Assembly (NCBI GenBank): GCA_048882325.1
Contig: JBHLRS010000013.1
Span: forward strand, 1-64,000
From: Candidatus Thorarchaeota archaeon
Lineage (GTDB): Archaea > Asgardarchaeota > Thorarchaeia > Thorarchaeales > Thorarchaeaceae
Direction of reading: 5' to 3'
DNA: 64,000 nt
Position 1 is the first letter of the stretch; every line of letters starts with the position of its first letter. Below, one piece after another: positions 10,486 to 20,204 of the stretch. The notes beneath the pieces are model-generated. The model saw only the letters and a list, made by a program, of their open reading frames with translations. It was not told the origin of the DNA and did not search any database. The position numbers were made by a program, and so were the translations under genes.

Positions 10486-10602
10486 AAGGACGTCTCCTTG
10501 TTTCTTTGTTGGCCCCTCGTGATTTTGTTCGATAGCATATCCCCAACAGTCCATTATCACACGAGAGAACTCGTTGGGGTCACCGGCGGCCTCACCGGTG
10601 GC
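10486..10602 (-). promoter_or_regulatory. Structured 5' leader of the EF-2 paralog (hairpin, H-type pseudoknot, SD-sequestering hairpin)
   Basis: Minus strand: CACCGG/CCGGUG hairpin; stem CCCCAAC(G)AGUUC/GGACUGUUGGGG whose loop UCUCGUG can pair with downstream CACGAGG; AAGGA-GACG-UCCUU hairpin over GGAG just before the ATG. Confidence 0.45.
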
Positions 10603-10669
10603 TTGCGCGACCTCGCGAGTGGATGATTAAAAGTATTTCTACAGGGGAATAACTGATAGTTCTCTAGTT

Positions 10670-11050
10670 TCAGGTTTCTTTGAAACGCATGCACAGAATA
10701 ATCAACAATATAGTAGTCATAAAGAGTAGTATAGGAAGAATGGTGATTAAATCAAATTGCCTTCGATTGAATAACAAGTCCCATATCACCAGATATGCAA
10801 TCACGATGCTAAATGCAGCCCAAGTTTCTATTCTTTGCCTATATGCAGCTATCGTGTGATCGTTTCTTGATAACCAAACAGATATTGTACCCATGCTACC
10901 GAATAGAATCGAGGCAAACAGAGCGTAAATATTTGGATTAGACCTCGTAGCAGCAAAGTAAGCATCTAATGCGAACCAATAGAGAACCAACGCATGAAGG
11001 AAAAGTGCTCCATCTATGTATTTCTTCATGATATTCTGATTATCTTTCAT
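10670..11050 (-). CDS. Hypothetical 4-TM membrane protein
   Basis: Four hydrophobic segments; start uncertain (11074, 11050 or 11029). Confidence 0.55.
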   Translation of the reverse strand: MKDNQNIMKKYIDGALFLHALVLYWFALDAYFAATRSNPNIYALFASILFGSMGTISVWLSRNDHTIAAYRQRIETWAAFSIVIAYLVIWDLLFNRRQFDLITILPILLFMTTILLIILCMRFKET

Positions 11051-11074
11051 GGTACACCACATAAGCAGATTCAT

Positions 11075-11854
11075 TCATCGGTGTGCGACAACCACCATGC
11101 GCTCAGAGTTCGATGAATAGGGGAGTCGCGGGAGATAGTGCTGCCCGTAGAAGTCCACCTTTGTGAATCCAACCTCCTCGAGCATCTCACGAATCTCAAG
11201 GGCTGTGTACATCCGGATATCGTTGTTTGCGAGGGCATCTTGATCCATCAACACCATGCGGTCGTTTTCTGTGTCGATGAACATAGCAGGTCGGCCAGTG
11301 AGGACACCCGCTGGTGCATCAAGCACGTGAGGCTCGTTCAGCAGGAACCCTCCCTCGAGCTGGGTCCAGGTCTTCAGGAATCTTGGCAGGTTGTATGGGT
11401 TCATGAGGTCAAGCAGTAGACAGCCTTTTTTCTTAAGGGCCTTGAAGACCCCTTTGAGGACCCTGTAGTTCTCCTCATGGTTGAAGAAGCCAAAGCTGTG
11501 ACTCAACAGGACTGCACCATCAAACTGGTCCTCGAAGGTCATGTCACGCATGTCTCCAGGAAAGAAGTTCACCTTAGCCTTCTCCTCCTTCGATCGTTCC
11601 GTTGCCACATCAATGAGTGACTGGGCGATGTCGAAGGCCGTGACCTTGAGACCTCGCTTGGCAAACTCAATCGAGTGGTCACCAGCACCGCAGGCAATGT
11701 CGAGGATCTCTTCTCCTTTCTTCAGCCCCAAGACCTCCATGGTGAAATCAACTAGAAGCTTGTCGAACTGTTCAATTCCTTGAAGTGCTCGACGGTGTTT
11801 GACCCTGAATATCTCAGCCCAGAACTCATTCCAGCCAAGCTCGACCTTTTCCAT
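11075..11854 (-). CDS. Class I SAM-dependent methyltransferase
   Basis: ILDIACGAGDH motif I, GDMRDM, SFGFF, IRMYTALE. Confidence 0.85.
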   Translation of the reverse strand: MEKVELGWNEFWAEIFRVKHRRALQGIEQFDKLLVDFTMEVLGLKKGEEILDIACGAGDHSIEFAKRGLKVTAFDIAQSLIDVATERSKEEKAKVNFFPGDMRDMTFEDQFDGAVLLSHSFGFFNHEENYRVLKGVFKALKKKGCLLLDLMNPYNLPRFLKTWTQLEGGFLLNEPHVLDAPAGVLTGRPAMFIDTENDRMVLMDQDALANNDIRMYTALEIREMLEEVGFTKVDFYGQHYLPRLPYSSNSERMVVVAHR

Positions 11855-11987
11855 GTGTCACACTTCCATTCGTTGCGGTGAGTTGACTTGGATATGAAGA
11901 TTGTCATGATGAGAATCGAATACGTGTATCTCCATTCGAGAAGACAGTCATGTGAGTGATTGAGTATTGAAACTTAAACTACAACCC

Positions 11988-12209
11988 ATGAAGCAAAGAG
12001 GAGGTCTTCTATCTAAGGCTGTGTTTGGTGTGTTTGCAATCAATCCGGAATTTGGAAACTTGATCTGGGAGTTAAGCCGGAATAGAGGTTATTTCGAAGA
12101 GATGTCGGGCCAATTCATAATCTACCAAGAGAAAAGCAGAATCATATTTCTTGAACTCATGCCGGACGATGAACTACTTGACACCATTGAGGATGACCTA
12201 GATTCATGA
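11988..12209 (+). CDS. Small hypothetical protein
   Basis: Fills the gap between minus-strand genes, acidic C-terminus; no motif recognised. Confidence 0.4.
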   Translation: MKQRGGLLSKAVFGVFAINPEFGNLIWELSRNRGYFEEMSGQFIIYQEKSRIIFLELMPDDELLDTIEDDLDS

Positions 12210-12626
12210 ATCACTAGTTCCCATTTCTTCTTGAACAAACTCAACAGCCTGTATCATCTTAGATGCTAGATCAGTCACATCCTTGACAACGAGTGTATCA
12301 AGTATCTCGTCAACAAGCAAGTCATCAGGTGATACTTCTTTCTTGGGAGGTTCTTCATCCATGTATGGAAAGTACCTTCGTCGGATATTCTCATCAAGCA
12401 TGTCTTTCTGAGAACTTGGAGTCTTGGTCATTTTTCTTTGAGATGCCCTTTTCTTCCGTTCTATTGTCCTCTGTTTTTCTTTCTCAAGCATCATCCGGAT
12501 GTATTCTTTATCATCCATCTCATTCTGAGACGTTTTACGGACTTCAGTGGGAGGACTGAGGAAGTCATCAAGTAATTGTGACACTGAGAACCGGTCAAAG
12601 ATCCTACGCTTCTTTCCATTCCGCAT
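12204..12626 (-). CDS. Hypothetical charged protein
   Basis: 140-aa ORF with protein-like composition. Confidence 0.5.
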   Translation of the reverse strand: MRNGKKRRIFDRFSVSQLLDDFLSPPTEVRKTSQNEMDDKEYIRMMLEKEKQRTIERKKRASQRKMTKTPSSQKDMLDENIRRRYFPYMDEEPPKKEVSPDDLLVDEILDTLVVKDVTDLASKMIQAVEFVQEEMGTSDS

Positions 12627-12792
12627 AATCTTGTCCTATCCGTTATGAGCTTCCGCGTGTTTCCTAATATAATGCCTTTGAAACAGCACACTTTGTACTA
12701 GGGTCTAGAACTCTTCCAGCTTTGGTTGCTTTAGCATAGAATGTGTAAGTCTGAGGGAACAATAAAAAGCGGAGAGAATCCGCACCATGAAA

Positions 12793-13551
12793 TTAGCTTG
12801 ATGATGAATCCTCGGCATCCATTCTAGCATCATCAAGAGCGAGCTGGAGTGCAGTGCGCATAGCACGGTTGTATTCCTTAATGTCTCCCCTCATTCTGTC
12901 TGTCGATTCTCTGATGGCTTTACTTAGCTCCTCATGTCTAAACACCCACGGGGTATCTGTGAAAATGTGCTCCATTGAATCACGAAGAAGAAGAGTTCGC
13001 ACGATGTCGAGGGGGTATACACTCGTTCTAATCCCATCAGCAATACGGGGCACTGCTCTCTCTAGAGCCTTTTGTATCTGTTCATCTTTCCAGATTCTTG
13101 GAACATCCTTAATCAAATCTAAAACATACCATGGTTCCGAATGAGTGTCTAGAAGATCACAGTACTCGTCTATCTCCTGTGCATAGGTAGAGTCTGGTAC
13201 ACTAACCAGCGATTCACCAAGGGCTGCGAGAATAATCGACTTTGACATCCACTCCGGACTTTTTCTCACATCTCTATGTACAAGTTTTCCATACATATGA
13301 CAGAGATATCCAACTATGACACGTATCTCTGGATTCTCACTGAAGAAAGGTATGTTTCCTATCTGTGGAATCAACTCGGACCACCAGTCTTCCCAGAGAC
13401 CTTCCACAACAGCCTTTGTCACCTCTGGAAGAACACCTTGAATCATAGGATCTGTAAGGAATTCTGGATTCTCCTTAAAGTATGGAATGATTACATCAAG
13501 TATTTCTCCATTCTTTATGGCTTGTGAAATATCATCTGGGTTTCTGAACAT
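12793..13551 (-). CDS. Hypothetical helical-repeat protein
   Basis: Recurring P-x-F/W-x2-D/N/H-P/E-x-I/L units (NPEFLTDPMIQ, IPFFSENPEIR, VPRIWKDEQIQ, TPWVFRHEELS). Confidence 0.6.
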   Translation of the reverse strand: MFRNPDDISQAIKNGEILDVIIPYFKENPEFLTDPMIQGVLPEVTKAVVEGLWEDWWSELIPQIGNIPFFSENPEIRVIVGYLCHMYGKLVHRDVRKSPEWMSKSIILAALGESLVSVPDSTYAQEIDEYCDLLDTHSEPWYVLDLIKDVPRIWKDEQIQKALERAVPRIADGIRTSVYPLDIVRTLLLRDSMEHIFTDTPWVFRHEELSKAIRESTDRMRGDIKEYNRAMRTALQLALDDARMDAEDSSSS

Positions 13552-14174
13552 TTACCAACAGGGCTCCATGCCACATTTCATTACGTTAACAACCTACCTT
13601 CACTTCTTCATAGACACCTATTAACTCATCGAGCATTATTTGTGGTTGCAGTAGTTTTTCCAATTCATAGTTTCAATGATGCAATGACTGTTGAGATTGG
13701 AACATCTATGTTGAGGAATGGTTCATCGATGGCTACTGTTGAGTAATATCCACCAATAGGAAAGGGCCACTCATTCAGTAATTGTCTACAAGACCTGCCC
13801 TGGAATTGTTAATCAGGGTTTCCCCCAAGATTCACCCTAAATGCCATAGAAGAAAATGGAGATGTCCGCATTTTTTCCTTTCTCCGCCGGGAGGGACGCA
13901 GTACAACAGGAAAAACTCGATTGAGCATAACCTGCGGGCTTCTCCACCTGAAATGAAGGCGAGTTCTCTAAAAAGCCTTTAGGTTGTGCATAAAACTCAT
14001 AAATTGACGAATTATTGAGGTTCCTTTCTATTTTTCGATTTTTCACTGCAAGAGGTGTTCTGAAGACAGAAAAATCAAAAATTCGAGTGATTTTCAAGTC
14101 CGAGCTGAGCTGCTAGGTTCATAGACAGTAATATTAGACTGAAATGCAATGCAGAAGGTGTTGGAGGGTAATGG

Positions 14175-14801
14175 ATGATTTCAGATGAACCAGGTGATTA
14201 CTACTACGCACCATCAAGACATACTCAACTTTTACTGAGAATTGGAGCCTTTGGGGCATTGGGAAATGCGGTTTACTATTCTTGGTATTTTCAAATGGTC
14301 ACAACAGGAGTTGGTCTGATTTACTGGTCTTATACTGTGAATGAAATTGTGTTCACGATTCTTCATATTTCACTAGCTATGGGTCTAATTGGCATACTAT
14401 TGAAGTATAATAGCGGAATTCCCCTTGCCTTTCTTACAGCTGCTGTCTTTCTAATACCAACAGTTCAGGATGTGCTTGATTTGTATTTTGAGATTTACGT
14501 TAATCTGGCAATTGGTTTTGCAGCCTTCACAATCGTAGCCTTAGTTTTGCTGTTGTTCATCCGTAATCGAGTGAAGAGCATAAGGCTACTTTCTCTATTC
14601 ACAATCGTCATGGTAGCATCAAGGATTGGTCCATACTTTCTGCGTGAAGCGTTATTTGAGATCTTTCCAACAACAGGAGGGTCTTTTCTCTACATGACTA
14701 TACTGATAGGTCCATACTGGGCATTCCTTTCAGTGTTCTATCTACTAGGATTCGCCTTGTTCCGTTGGGAATCAATAGATGAACAGACATCATGGAGATA
14801 G
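14175..14801 (+). CDS. Multi-pass membrane protein, tandem paralog 1
   Basis: About 6 TM segments; shares GAL..A.YYS, LLKY, IGP.FL and ILxGPYW motifs with the next gene. Confidence 0.7.
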   Translation: MISDEPGDYYYAPSRHTQLLLRIGAFGALGNAVYYSWYFQMVTTGVGLIYWSYTVNEIVFTILHISLAMGLIGILLKYNSGIPLAFLTAAVFLIPTVQDVLDLYFEIYVNLAIGFAAFTIVALVLLLFIRNRVKSIRLLSLFTIVMVASRIGPYFLREALFEIFPTTGGSFLYMTILIGPYWAFLSVFYLLGFALFRWESIDEQTSWR

Positions 14802-14808
14802 GTATTTC

Positions 14809-15402
14809 ATGAGCCCGGAAGAAACACTCAATGCAGAAGGCTACAAAGCTACTGACCACCATAATCGGCTCATGGGTTGGGGTATGTTGGGTGCATTGGT
14901 ATATGCCATCTATTACTCAATATATTCCGAGATGTCTGTCAAGAACTTACTACCATACTGGTTGTTCTTGCTGACAAACACAATCAGCACAGTTCTCACT
15001 TTAGCTATAGCCTTGGGTTTTCTTGGATTTCTTTTGAAGTATCAGAGTCCCTTTGCATTTCAAGCAACATTTGTATTTCTCATTCCGAGAATCATAGGTT
15101 TGCTTCCATTCCCAAAGAATCTGTATATTGGATTAGGAATCAATACTGTGTCTTACACTGTTGTAGCAATAATTCTTTGGACCACTCGCAGTCATGTGAA
15201 AAATCCTAAGACGCTCCTTGTACTTGCCATCACCATGGTAACTCTGAGTATAGGCCCCTTTTTCCTCCAATACATTTTGAGTCCATTCTACACCTCAGAG
15301 CAGGACTTAGTCGGACGAGCCATTTTACTGGGGCCCTATTGGATAGTCCGCTCATTGTTCTATGTTCTAGCATTTTCGTTGTTCGATACGGAGCTGACAT
15401 AA
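14809..15402 (+). CDS. Multi-pass membrane protein, tandem paralog 2
   Basis: Colinear similarity with the 14175 gene; ATG 14809 follows its stop. Confidence 0.7.
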   Translation: MSPEETLNAEGYKATDHHNRLMGWGMLGALVYAIYYSIYSEMSVKNLLPYWLFLLTNTISTVLTLAIALGFLGFLLKYQSPFAFQATFVFLIPRIIGLLPFPKNLYIGLGINTVSYTVVAIILWTTRSHVKNPKTLLVLAITMVTLSIGPFFLQYILSPFYTSEQDLVGRAILLGPYWIVRSLFYVLAFSLFDTELT

Positions 15403-15424
15403 TATCAAACACGTCAGAAGTAGG

Positions 15425-15500
15425 TGGTAGCTCCGCCAGGATTTGAACCTAGGTCCGGTGGGCCAGAACCACCGATGCTGGACCACTACACCACGGAGCT
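15425..15500 (-). tRNA. tRNA-Gln(CUG), CCA encoded, intronless
   Basis: AGCTCCG acceptor (A1:U72 as in archaeal tRNA-Gln), D-arm TGGTGTAGTGGTCCAGCA, anticodon arm GGTGG-TTCTGGC-CCACC, T-loop GGTTCAAATCC, 3' CGGAGCT-A-CCA; 76 nt. Confidence 0.96.
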
Positions 15501-15616
15501 ATTGATGCGGAACACCGCATGGCTCGGGAGTTGCTCAGGGCATTTTTCATCTTTTCGGTCTGGAGCGTGAGCAAGACGCCTTCTTTATTAGCAAGCTTGC
15601 GTCAAACCAGCGCGAT

Positions 15617-16357
15617 TTGAAAATGCCATACTGGTCTGAACTCACACACGGAAATTTTGCAAAGGCAGCTAGTGAAACCGAAGTGGTAGTCATGATGACA
15701 GGAGCCCTGGAGGCTCATGGGAAACATCTTCCACTCGGGACAGATTCTATGCTACCTGAGTTCCTTGGACAGAAGCTTGCTGAGAAGACGAAGGCATTGG
15801 TCCTTCCAGTAATCCCCTTTGGGGAGAGCTGGAACTTTGACAAGTACGAGGGGACCATATCGATCAAGTCCGATGTGTTGGTTGATTACTATAGGTCTGT
15901 CATGAAGGCTGTGTTCAAACATGGTTTCAGGTACATCATAGCATTGAATGGTCATGGAGGAAATGATTCTATTCTAAGGCAAGCAGCCAAAAAAGCCACT
16001 CGAAAAGATGAGCGGGTGGTAATCATTGTGAATTGGTGGAGAGATCTTGCCAAATCAGCACGAACACTGGTAGAGGAGAGTCCAGGAGGACATGGTGCTG
16101 AAGATGAAACCTCAGAGGTCATGCATGTGAGGCCAGATCTTGTGGACATGTCGAGAGCAGAGGCACATCGCGTTGAGACCAAATTCACCATTATCTCAGG
16201 AGCTTATCGGGGCGAACTGCTCCCATCTGCCATGTATGGTGATCCGACAAAAGCATCTGAGGAGAAAGGCAGACTCATCATGGAGCAAGCGGAGGAGGAA
16301 CTGGTTGAACTGGTCCATCGATTAGAGAAAGGACAACTCCCCTTAGGAAGTGATTAG
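15617..16357 (+). CDS. Creatininase family amidohydrolase
   Basis: GALEAHGKHLPLGTD, NGHGGN, GHGAEDETS. Confidence 0.9.
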   Translation: MKMPYWSELTHGNFAKAASETEVVVMMTGALEAHGKHLPLGTDSMLPEFLGQKLAEKTKALVLPVIPFGESWNFDKYEGTISIKSDVLVDYYRSVMKAVFKHGFRYIIALNGHGGNDSILRQAAKKATRKDERVVIIVNWWRDLAKSARTLVEESPGGHGAEDETSEVMHVRPDLVDMSRAEAHRVETKFTIISGAYRGELLPSAMYGDPTKASEEKGRLIMEQAEEELVELVHRLEKGQLPLGSD

Positions 16358-17160
16358 ATACCAACCTTGAAAATCAGTGCATCGCGTAAGACGCGTTGAA
16401 ACATTCTCAGGAGATTCTTCCCCTCTGTAGCAATCGTGTCATATACCGGATAGCCCTCAAGGTCAAGCATCTGCACCATGTAATCAATGGGCAAAGCGTT
16501 CGGGAGGTCTCTTTTGTTCAGTGCCACAATGATAGGTAGGGTTGCCATCCTATCTGTACCAAGAGCTATCCTCAATTCCTGTATTGAGGCGAGGTTCTCG
16601 TTCATCTGCTCTGGAGTAGAGTCAGCCATAAAGATAATACCATCACAATCCCGGAGTACTTTGATTCTCTGGCTCGCGTGTCGACGCTGTCCAGCAACTG
16701 TGAAAACATCAAACACAATTCTCTCACTTGCAGTGACTGGTACAAAATCGAAGAATGTTGTCCGACCCAGCTCATCATGAATCTCTATGATTTTTCCTTT
16801 TGCAAGGGATCGGACATTTCCGAATAGCCATCGTAGTGCAGTGGTCTTCCCTGAGAGAGAAGGTCCGTAAAATACTATCTTGATGTGAACGCGCCCTTGT
16901 TCGTCACGCTTCAAAACATGACCAGGGACAATCTCAGCTGCGCTCTGAGGCTTGATACTAGCGCGCCGAGCATGTTCTGCTGTAGTTTCAGGATCGAAAC
17001 TCACATCCTCAGATGAGGCAACAAGTGTTCCCATAGGTTTGGGTTCACCTATCACAGGTTCTTCTACAGCAACACTAGGAGAGTCTCTGAACTCAACTGA
17101 CACTTTTTCTTCCTCTTCCGGCTCCTTTGACCGCCCGGTTAACCTGCGAAACACGGACAA
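16354..17160 (-). CDS. mglA: MglA-type small GTPase with N-terminal extension
   Basis: KIVFYGPSLSGKTT, GRTTFFDF, TVAGQ (MglA TVPGQ), DGIIFMADS, NKRD. Confidence 0.8.
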   Translation of the reverse strand: MSVFRRLTGRSKEPEEEEKVSVEFRDSPSVAVEEPVIGEPKPMGTLVASSEDVSFDPETTAEHARRASIKPQSAAEIVPGHVLKRDEQGRVHIKIVFYGPSLSGKTTALRWLFGNVRSLAKGKIIEIHDELGRTTFFDFVPVTASERIVFDVFTVAGQRRHASQRIKVLRDCDGIIFMADSTPEQMNENLASIQELRIALGTDRMATLPIIVALNKRDLPNALPIDYMVQMLDLEGYPVYDTIATEGKNLLRMFQRVLRDALIFKVGI

Positions 17161-17261
17161 ACGCCTCTCCAGAAATTACGGTGCGAATTCTAGTCTTAAA
17201 TCTTGGGGGGATTGTGTCCGCAGTAGGCTTTATCAAGAGAAAGCCGTTCGAGAGATGCGTT

Positions 17262-18386
17262 ATGACAGAATTGATTGACCCAGAGTTCATTTCTGAACAA
17301 TGGCCAACGCTCAAAGAGATGACCTATCTCAATAATGCTTCAACTGGCATTCCACCGTTGGATACATTCAATGCTATGAAGAAGCAGCTAGACAATAGAG
17401 CGAGAGTCATTGGCAAGTTTGAAGACACACTTGCGTGCTTCAAAGAGATTAGGCAGCATCTTGCAACGCTCTTGGGTGGAGACTATAGTCAGTATGCATT
17501 CGTTTCAAGTACTAGCGCGGGCATTAACTCCATCGCTCACAGCGTTGATTATCCAACGGGTTCTAACGTTGTGATCTGTGATCTGGAATTCCCAGCGAAC
17601 TATGTACCTTGGCAGCACGCAAGCAAGCTCTATGGATTTGAGCTTAGAGTTGTGAAATCCAAGGATGGGGCAGTTTCATTGGATGCATTCAAGGAACAAG
17701 TTGATGAGAACACAAAGGTGGTAGCTGTGAGTCAGGTGCAGTTTGGAACTGGCTTTAAGGCAGACCTTGACCAACTTACCAAAATCGCTCATAAGAATTC
17801 AGCACTGCTATCTGTTGATATCATCCAAGCTGCTGGATGTCTTGAAACGGATTTAGAGAAAATAGGAGTGGACTTTGCAGCAGGACAGGCTGCAAAGTGG
17901 ATGTTGGGACCAATTGGAGCTGGCTATATCTATGTCAGTCAAACAGTAATCGATGAACTCACTCCTAGATTCATAGGATGGTGGGGTGTAGAGAAACTTA
18001 TGGAGTTTGAATACTTTGAGAGATCTCCACTTCCTGACGCTCGGAAATTCCAAGTAGGCTCACCTGCGATGGTCGCGTATGTCGGACTACTTGAGTCACT
18101 GAAGACATTGTTGAAGGCCCCTGGTAAGACAAGAGAACGGGTGGCAATGGACAATGCGGATTATCTCCGAAAACGCTTGGCAGAGATAGATATACCATAC
18201 TATGAATTCGGTCCAAATCACAATTCAGCCACAGTTTCATGTGAGCCACTGGATGTAGAGAATCTACACAAAGAGCTAATCGAAAACAAGATTCATTGCT
18301 CTGTCAGGAATGGTCGGTTACGAATTTCGCCACACTTTTACAACAACCATGATGAGATTGACAGGATCATCGAACATCTGAGGTGA
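17262..18386 (+). CDS. Class V PLP-dependent aminotransferase/lyase (cysteine desulfurase-like fold)
   Basis: YLNNASTG, DIIQAAG, AAKWMLGPIGAG (PLP Lys), RISPHFYN; ATG 17262 avoids overlap with mglA. Confidence 0.85.
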   Translation: MTELIDPEFISEQWPTLKEMTYLNNASTGIPPLDTFNAMKKQLDNRARVIGKFEDTLACFKEIRQHLATLLGGDYSQYAFVSSTSAGINSIAHSVDYPTGSNVVICDLEFPANYVPWQHASKLYGFELRVVKSKDGAVSLDAFKEQVDENTKVVAVSQVQFGTGFKADLDQLTKIAHKNSALLSVDIIQAAGCLETDLEKIGVDFAAGQAAKWMLGPIGAGYIYVSQTVIDELTPRFIGWWGVEKLMEFEYFERSPLPDARKFQVGSPAMVAYVGLLESLKTLLKAPGKTRERVAMDNADYLRKRLAEIDIPYYEFGPNHNSATVSCEPLDVENLHKELIENKIHCSVRNGRLRISPHFYNNHDEIDRIIEHLR

Positions 18387-18390
18387 GCAA

Positions 18391-19068
18391 ATGCTTGACC
18401 AGATAGCGGATTCTATTTACTTCATAATGAGTCGATCTTTTGACTCTAACATCACTTACATCAAATCTGGAGACCACGAGATATTAGTTGATGCAGGAAC
18501 AGGCCTCTACGCATCATCACTCGATAAAGATCTGCAGTCACAGGGGTCTTCACTTGAGTCAATTACGGATGTTGTTCTTACACATTGTCACATCGACCAC
18601 ATTGGTGGTGTTATTCCTTTATTGGAAATGGGATCACCTAAACTGTATCTTCACAGGACGGAGGCTGAACCAATTAACAGTGGAGATATGAGTCACACGC
18701 TGGGTGACACATTCGGAGCGGACCTTCCACCATTCAAGATTGATGTGATGCTGGAAGAGGGAGATGTGGTCGACTTCGGAGATGTCAAGCTTGAAGTTTT
18801 TCACACTCCGGGTCATTCCGAGGGCAGCATAGTGATGCAGGTCCAGGGATCAGGAATACTGTTCACAGGAGACACGATGTTTCCCGGGGGTAGTTTCGGA
18901 AGAGTTGATTTCCCAACAGGTAGTGCAACAAAACTGGTTGCGTCGCTCAAGCGCATCTCGGAGATGGACTTTGATATTGGACTTCCGGGACACATGAACG
19001 CAATCAAGTTCAATGCAAGACATTCAGCTCTCACATCATATGAAATGGCGAAGAATTGGTTCGGATGA
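18391..19068 (+). CDS. MBL-fold hydrolase (glyoxalase II-like)
   Basis: THCHIDHIGG, HTPGHS, FTGD, PGH. Confidence 0.9.
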   Translation: MLDQIADSIYFIMSRSFDSNITYIKSGDHEILVDAGTGLYASSLDKDLQSQGSSLESITDVVLTHCHIDHIGGVIPLLEMGSPKLYLHRTEAEPINSGDMSHTLGDTFGADLPPFKIDVMLEEGDVVDFGDVKLEVFHTPGHSEGSIVMQVQGSGILFTGDTMFPGGSFGRVDFPTGSATKLVASLKRISEMDFDIGLPGHMNAIKFNARHSALTSYEMAKNWFG

Positions 19069-19277
19069 ATCATCAAAACCAACGATGTATTACACGGATA
19101 ATGTGGGTATTCTACTAAGCAAAGAATATATGAGATAAATCGATTGAGCGAGAGTGCCGACAATGGCCAGATTAGTGGAGAAGCCGTCGGTATATACAGA
19201 CGAAACAGACCCTCAAGCCATTATAATGGCGTTAGGGAGAAAACAAACAGAAATATCCAATGGTGGGTGTTAGATAA

Positions 19278-20111
19278 TTGGCAGACTCTTCTCGTGACTT
19301 GGATGAACTCCTTAAAGAGTTCAAACCCGAGAAGAAAGCACGTTTCCAAGCTTTTGACAAGGTCGTCAATGCATTCAACACACCGAGTCAGTCTCTGTTT
19401 GTCACAGATAATGATAATGAGGTCGACACATTCCAGCGTGAATTCAATCAATTTCTTGTTTCGACTGGAAGGATGGAAGAAGGTGCAGAACTTCCATATC
19501 ACATGGTTCGTATTGGCTACGATGGTGACATGTTGGATGATATGTTTAGACTGATTGTGTCTGATGAGTCTGAGAACTTCAAACCAGCATCATTGGATGT
19601 GAACATGCTTTATTCCAAGCAAGCAATTTTCCAGCATCTCTATCAAACAATAACAAAGGACAAGTTCATCGTATTTCATATCACAGAGTTTCCTTTAGCT
19701 TATTATTTTGAGACCGCAGTTGTGGTTGATGTTGAGGAACTCTCAGACGTCATGGACCCATCAGTTCATGATGGTACAATCATCAGGTATCTTAATGACC
19801 TTAGAGAACAAGGAACTGAAGAGCATAGAAAGACGTACAGTTTCTTCTATAGAATCAGTACATCATTGCTGATGGAACTCTCCAACGTCTTTCTCGTTGT
19901 ACCGACAGCAGGTATGAATAGACATCTTTGCGTCGCAAGCTGGCGGACACAGACTCTTCTTCTCGGGTTCAGTCCACTCACATGGTCATCAGGAAGCTTT
20001 AGGGTGTTTGATTTGAGCGGCAGAGATATTGATGCAAGATGGGCATATCCAGCTCCAGCTTCAGATGATCCACGAGTCAAACAGTATACCCGTATAGTCC
20101 CTCTCGAATAG
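19278..20111 (+). CDS. Hypothetical protein
   Basis: 277-aa ORF with TTG start, co-oriented upstream of the CoA genes. Confidence 0.65.
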   Translation: MADSSRDLDELLKEFKPEKKARFQAFDKVVNAFNTPSQSLFVTDNDNEVDTFQREFNQFLVSTGRMEEGAELPYHMVRIGYDGDMLDDMFRLIVSDESENFKPASLDVNMLYSKQAIFQHLYQTITKDKFIVFHITEFPLAYYFETAVVVDVEELSDVMDPSVHDGTIIRYLNDLREQGTEEHRKTYSFFYRISTSLLMELSNVFLVVPTAGMNRHLCVASWRTQTLLLGFSPLTWSSGSFRVFDLSGRDIDARWAYPAPASDDPRVKQYTRIVPLE

Positions 20112-20204
20112 AGGTTCTATGAAACTATCAAATACTAAATGTATATACATGTATATATCCATCGTTGAATGTATAAAGAATATTTAATACTCGAGCAAAC
20201 TGGA

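Noticed and set aside
17127-17261. N-terminal extension of the class V aminotransferase
   Set aside because: Overlaps the divergent mglA start and promoter; homology begins at ATG 17262.
17262-18386. Call as SufS/IscS or selenocysteine lyase feeding SelD
   Set aside because: Lacks the RxGHHCA/SSGSAC catalytic Cys loop, so the specific function is unsupported.
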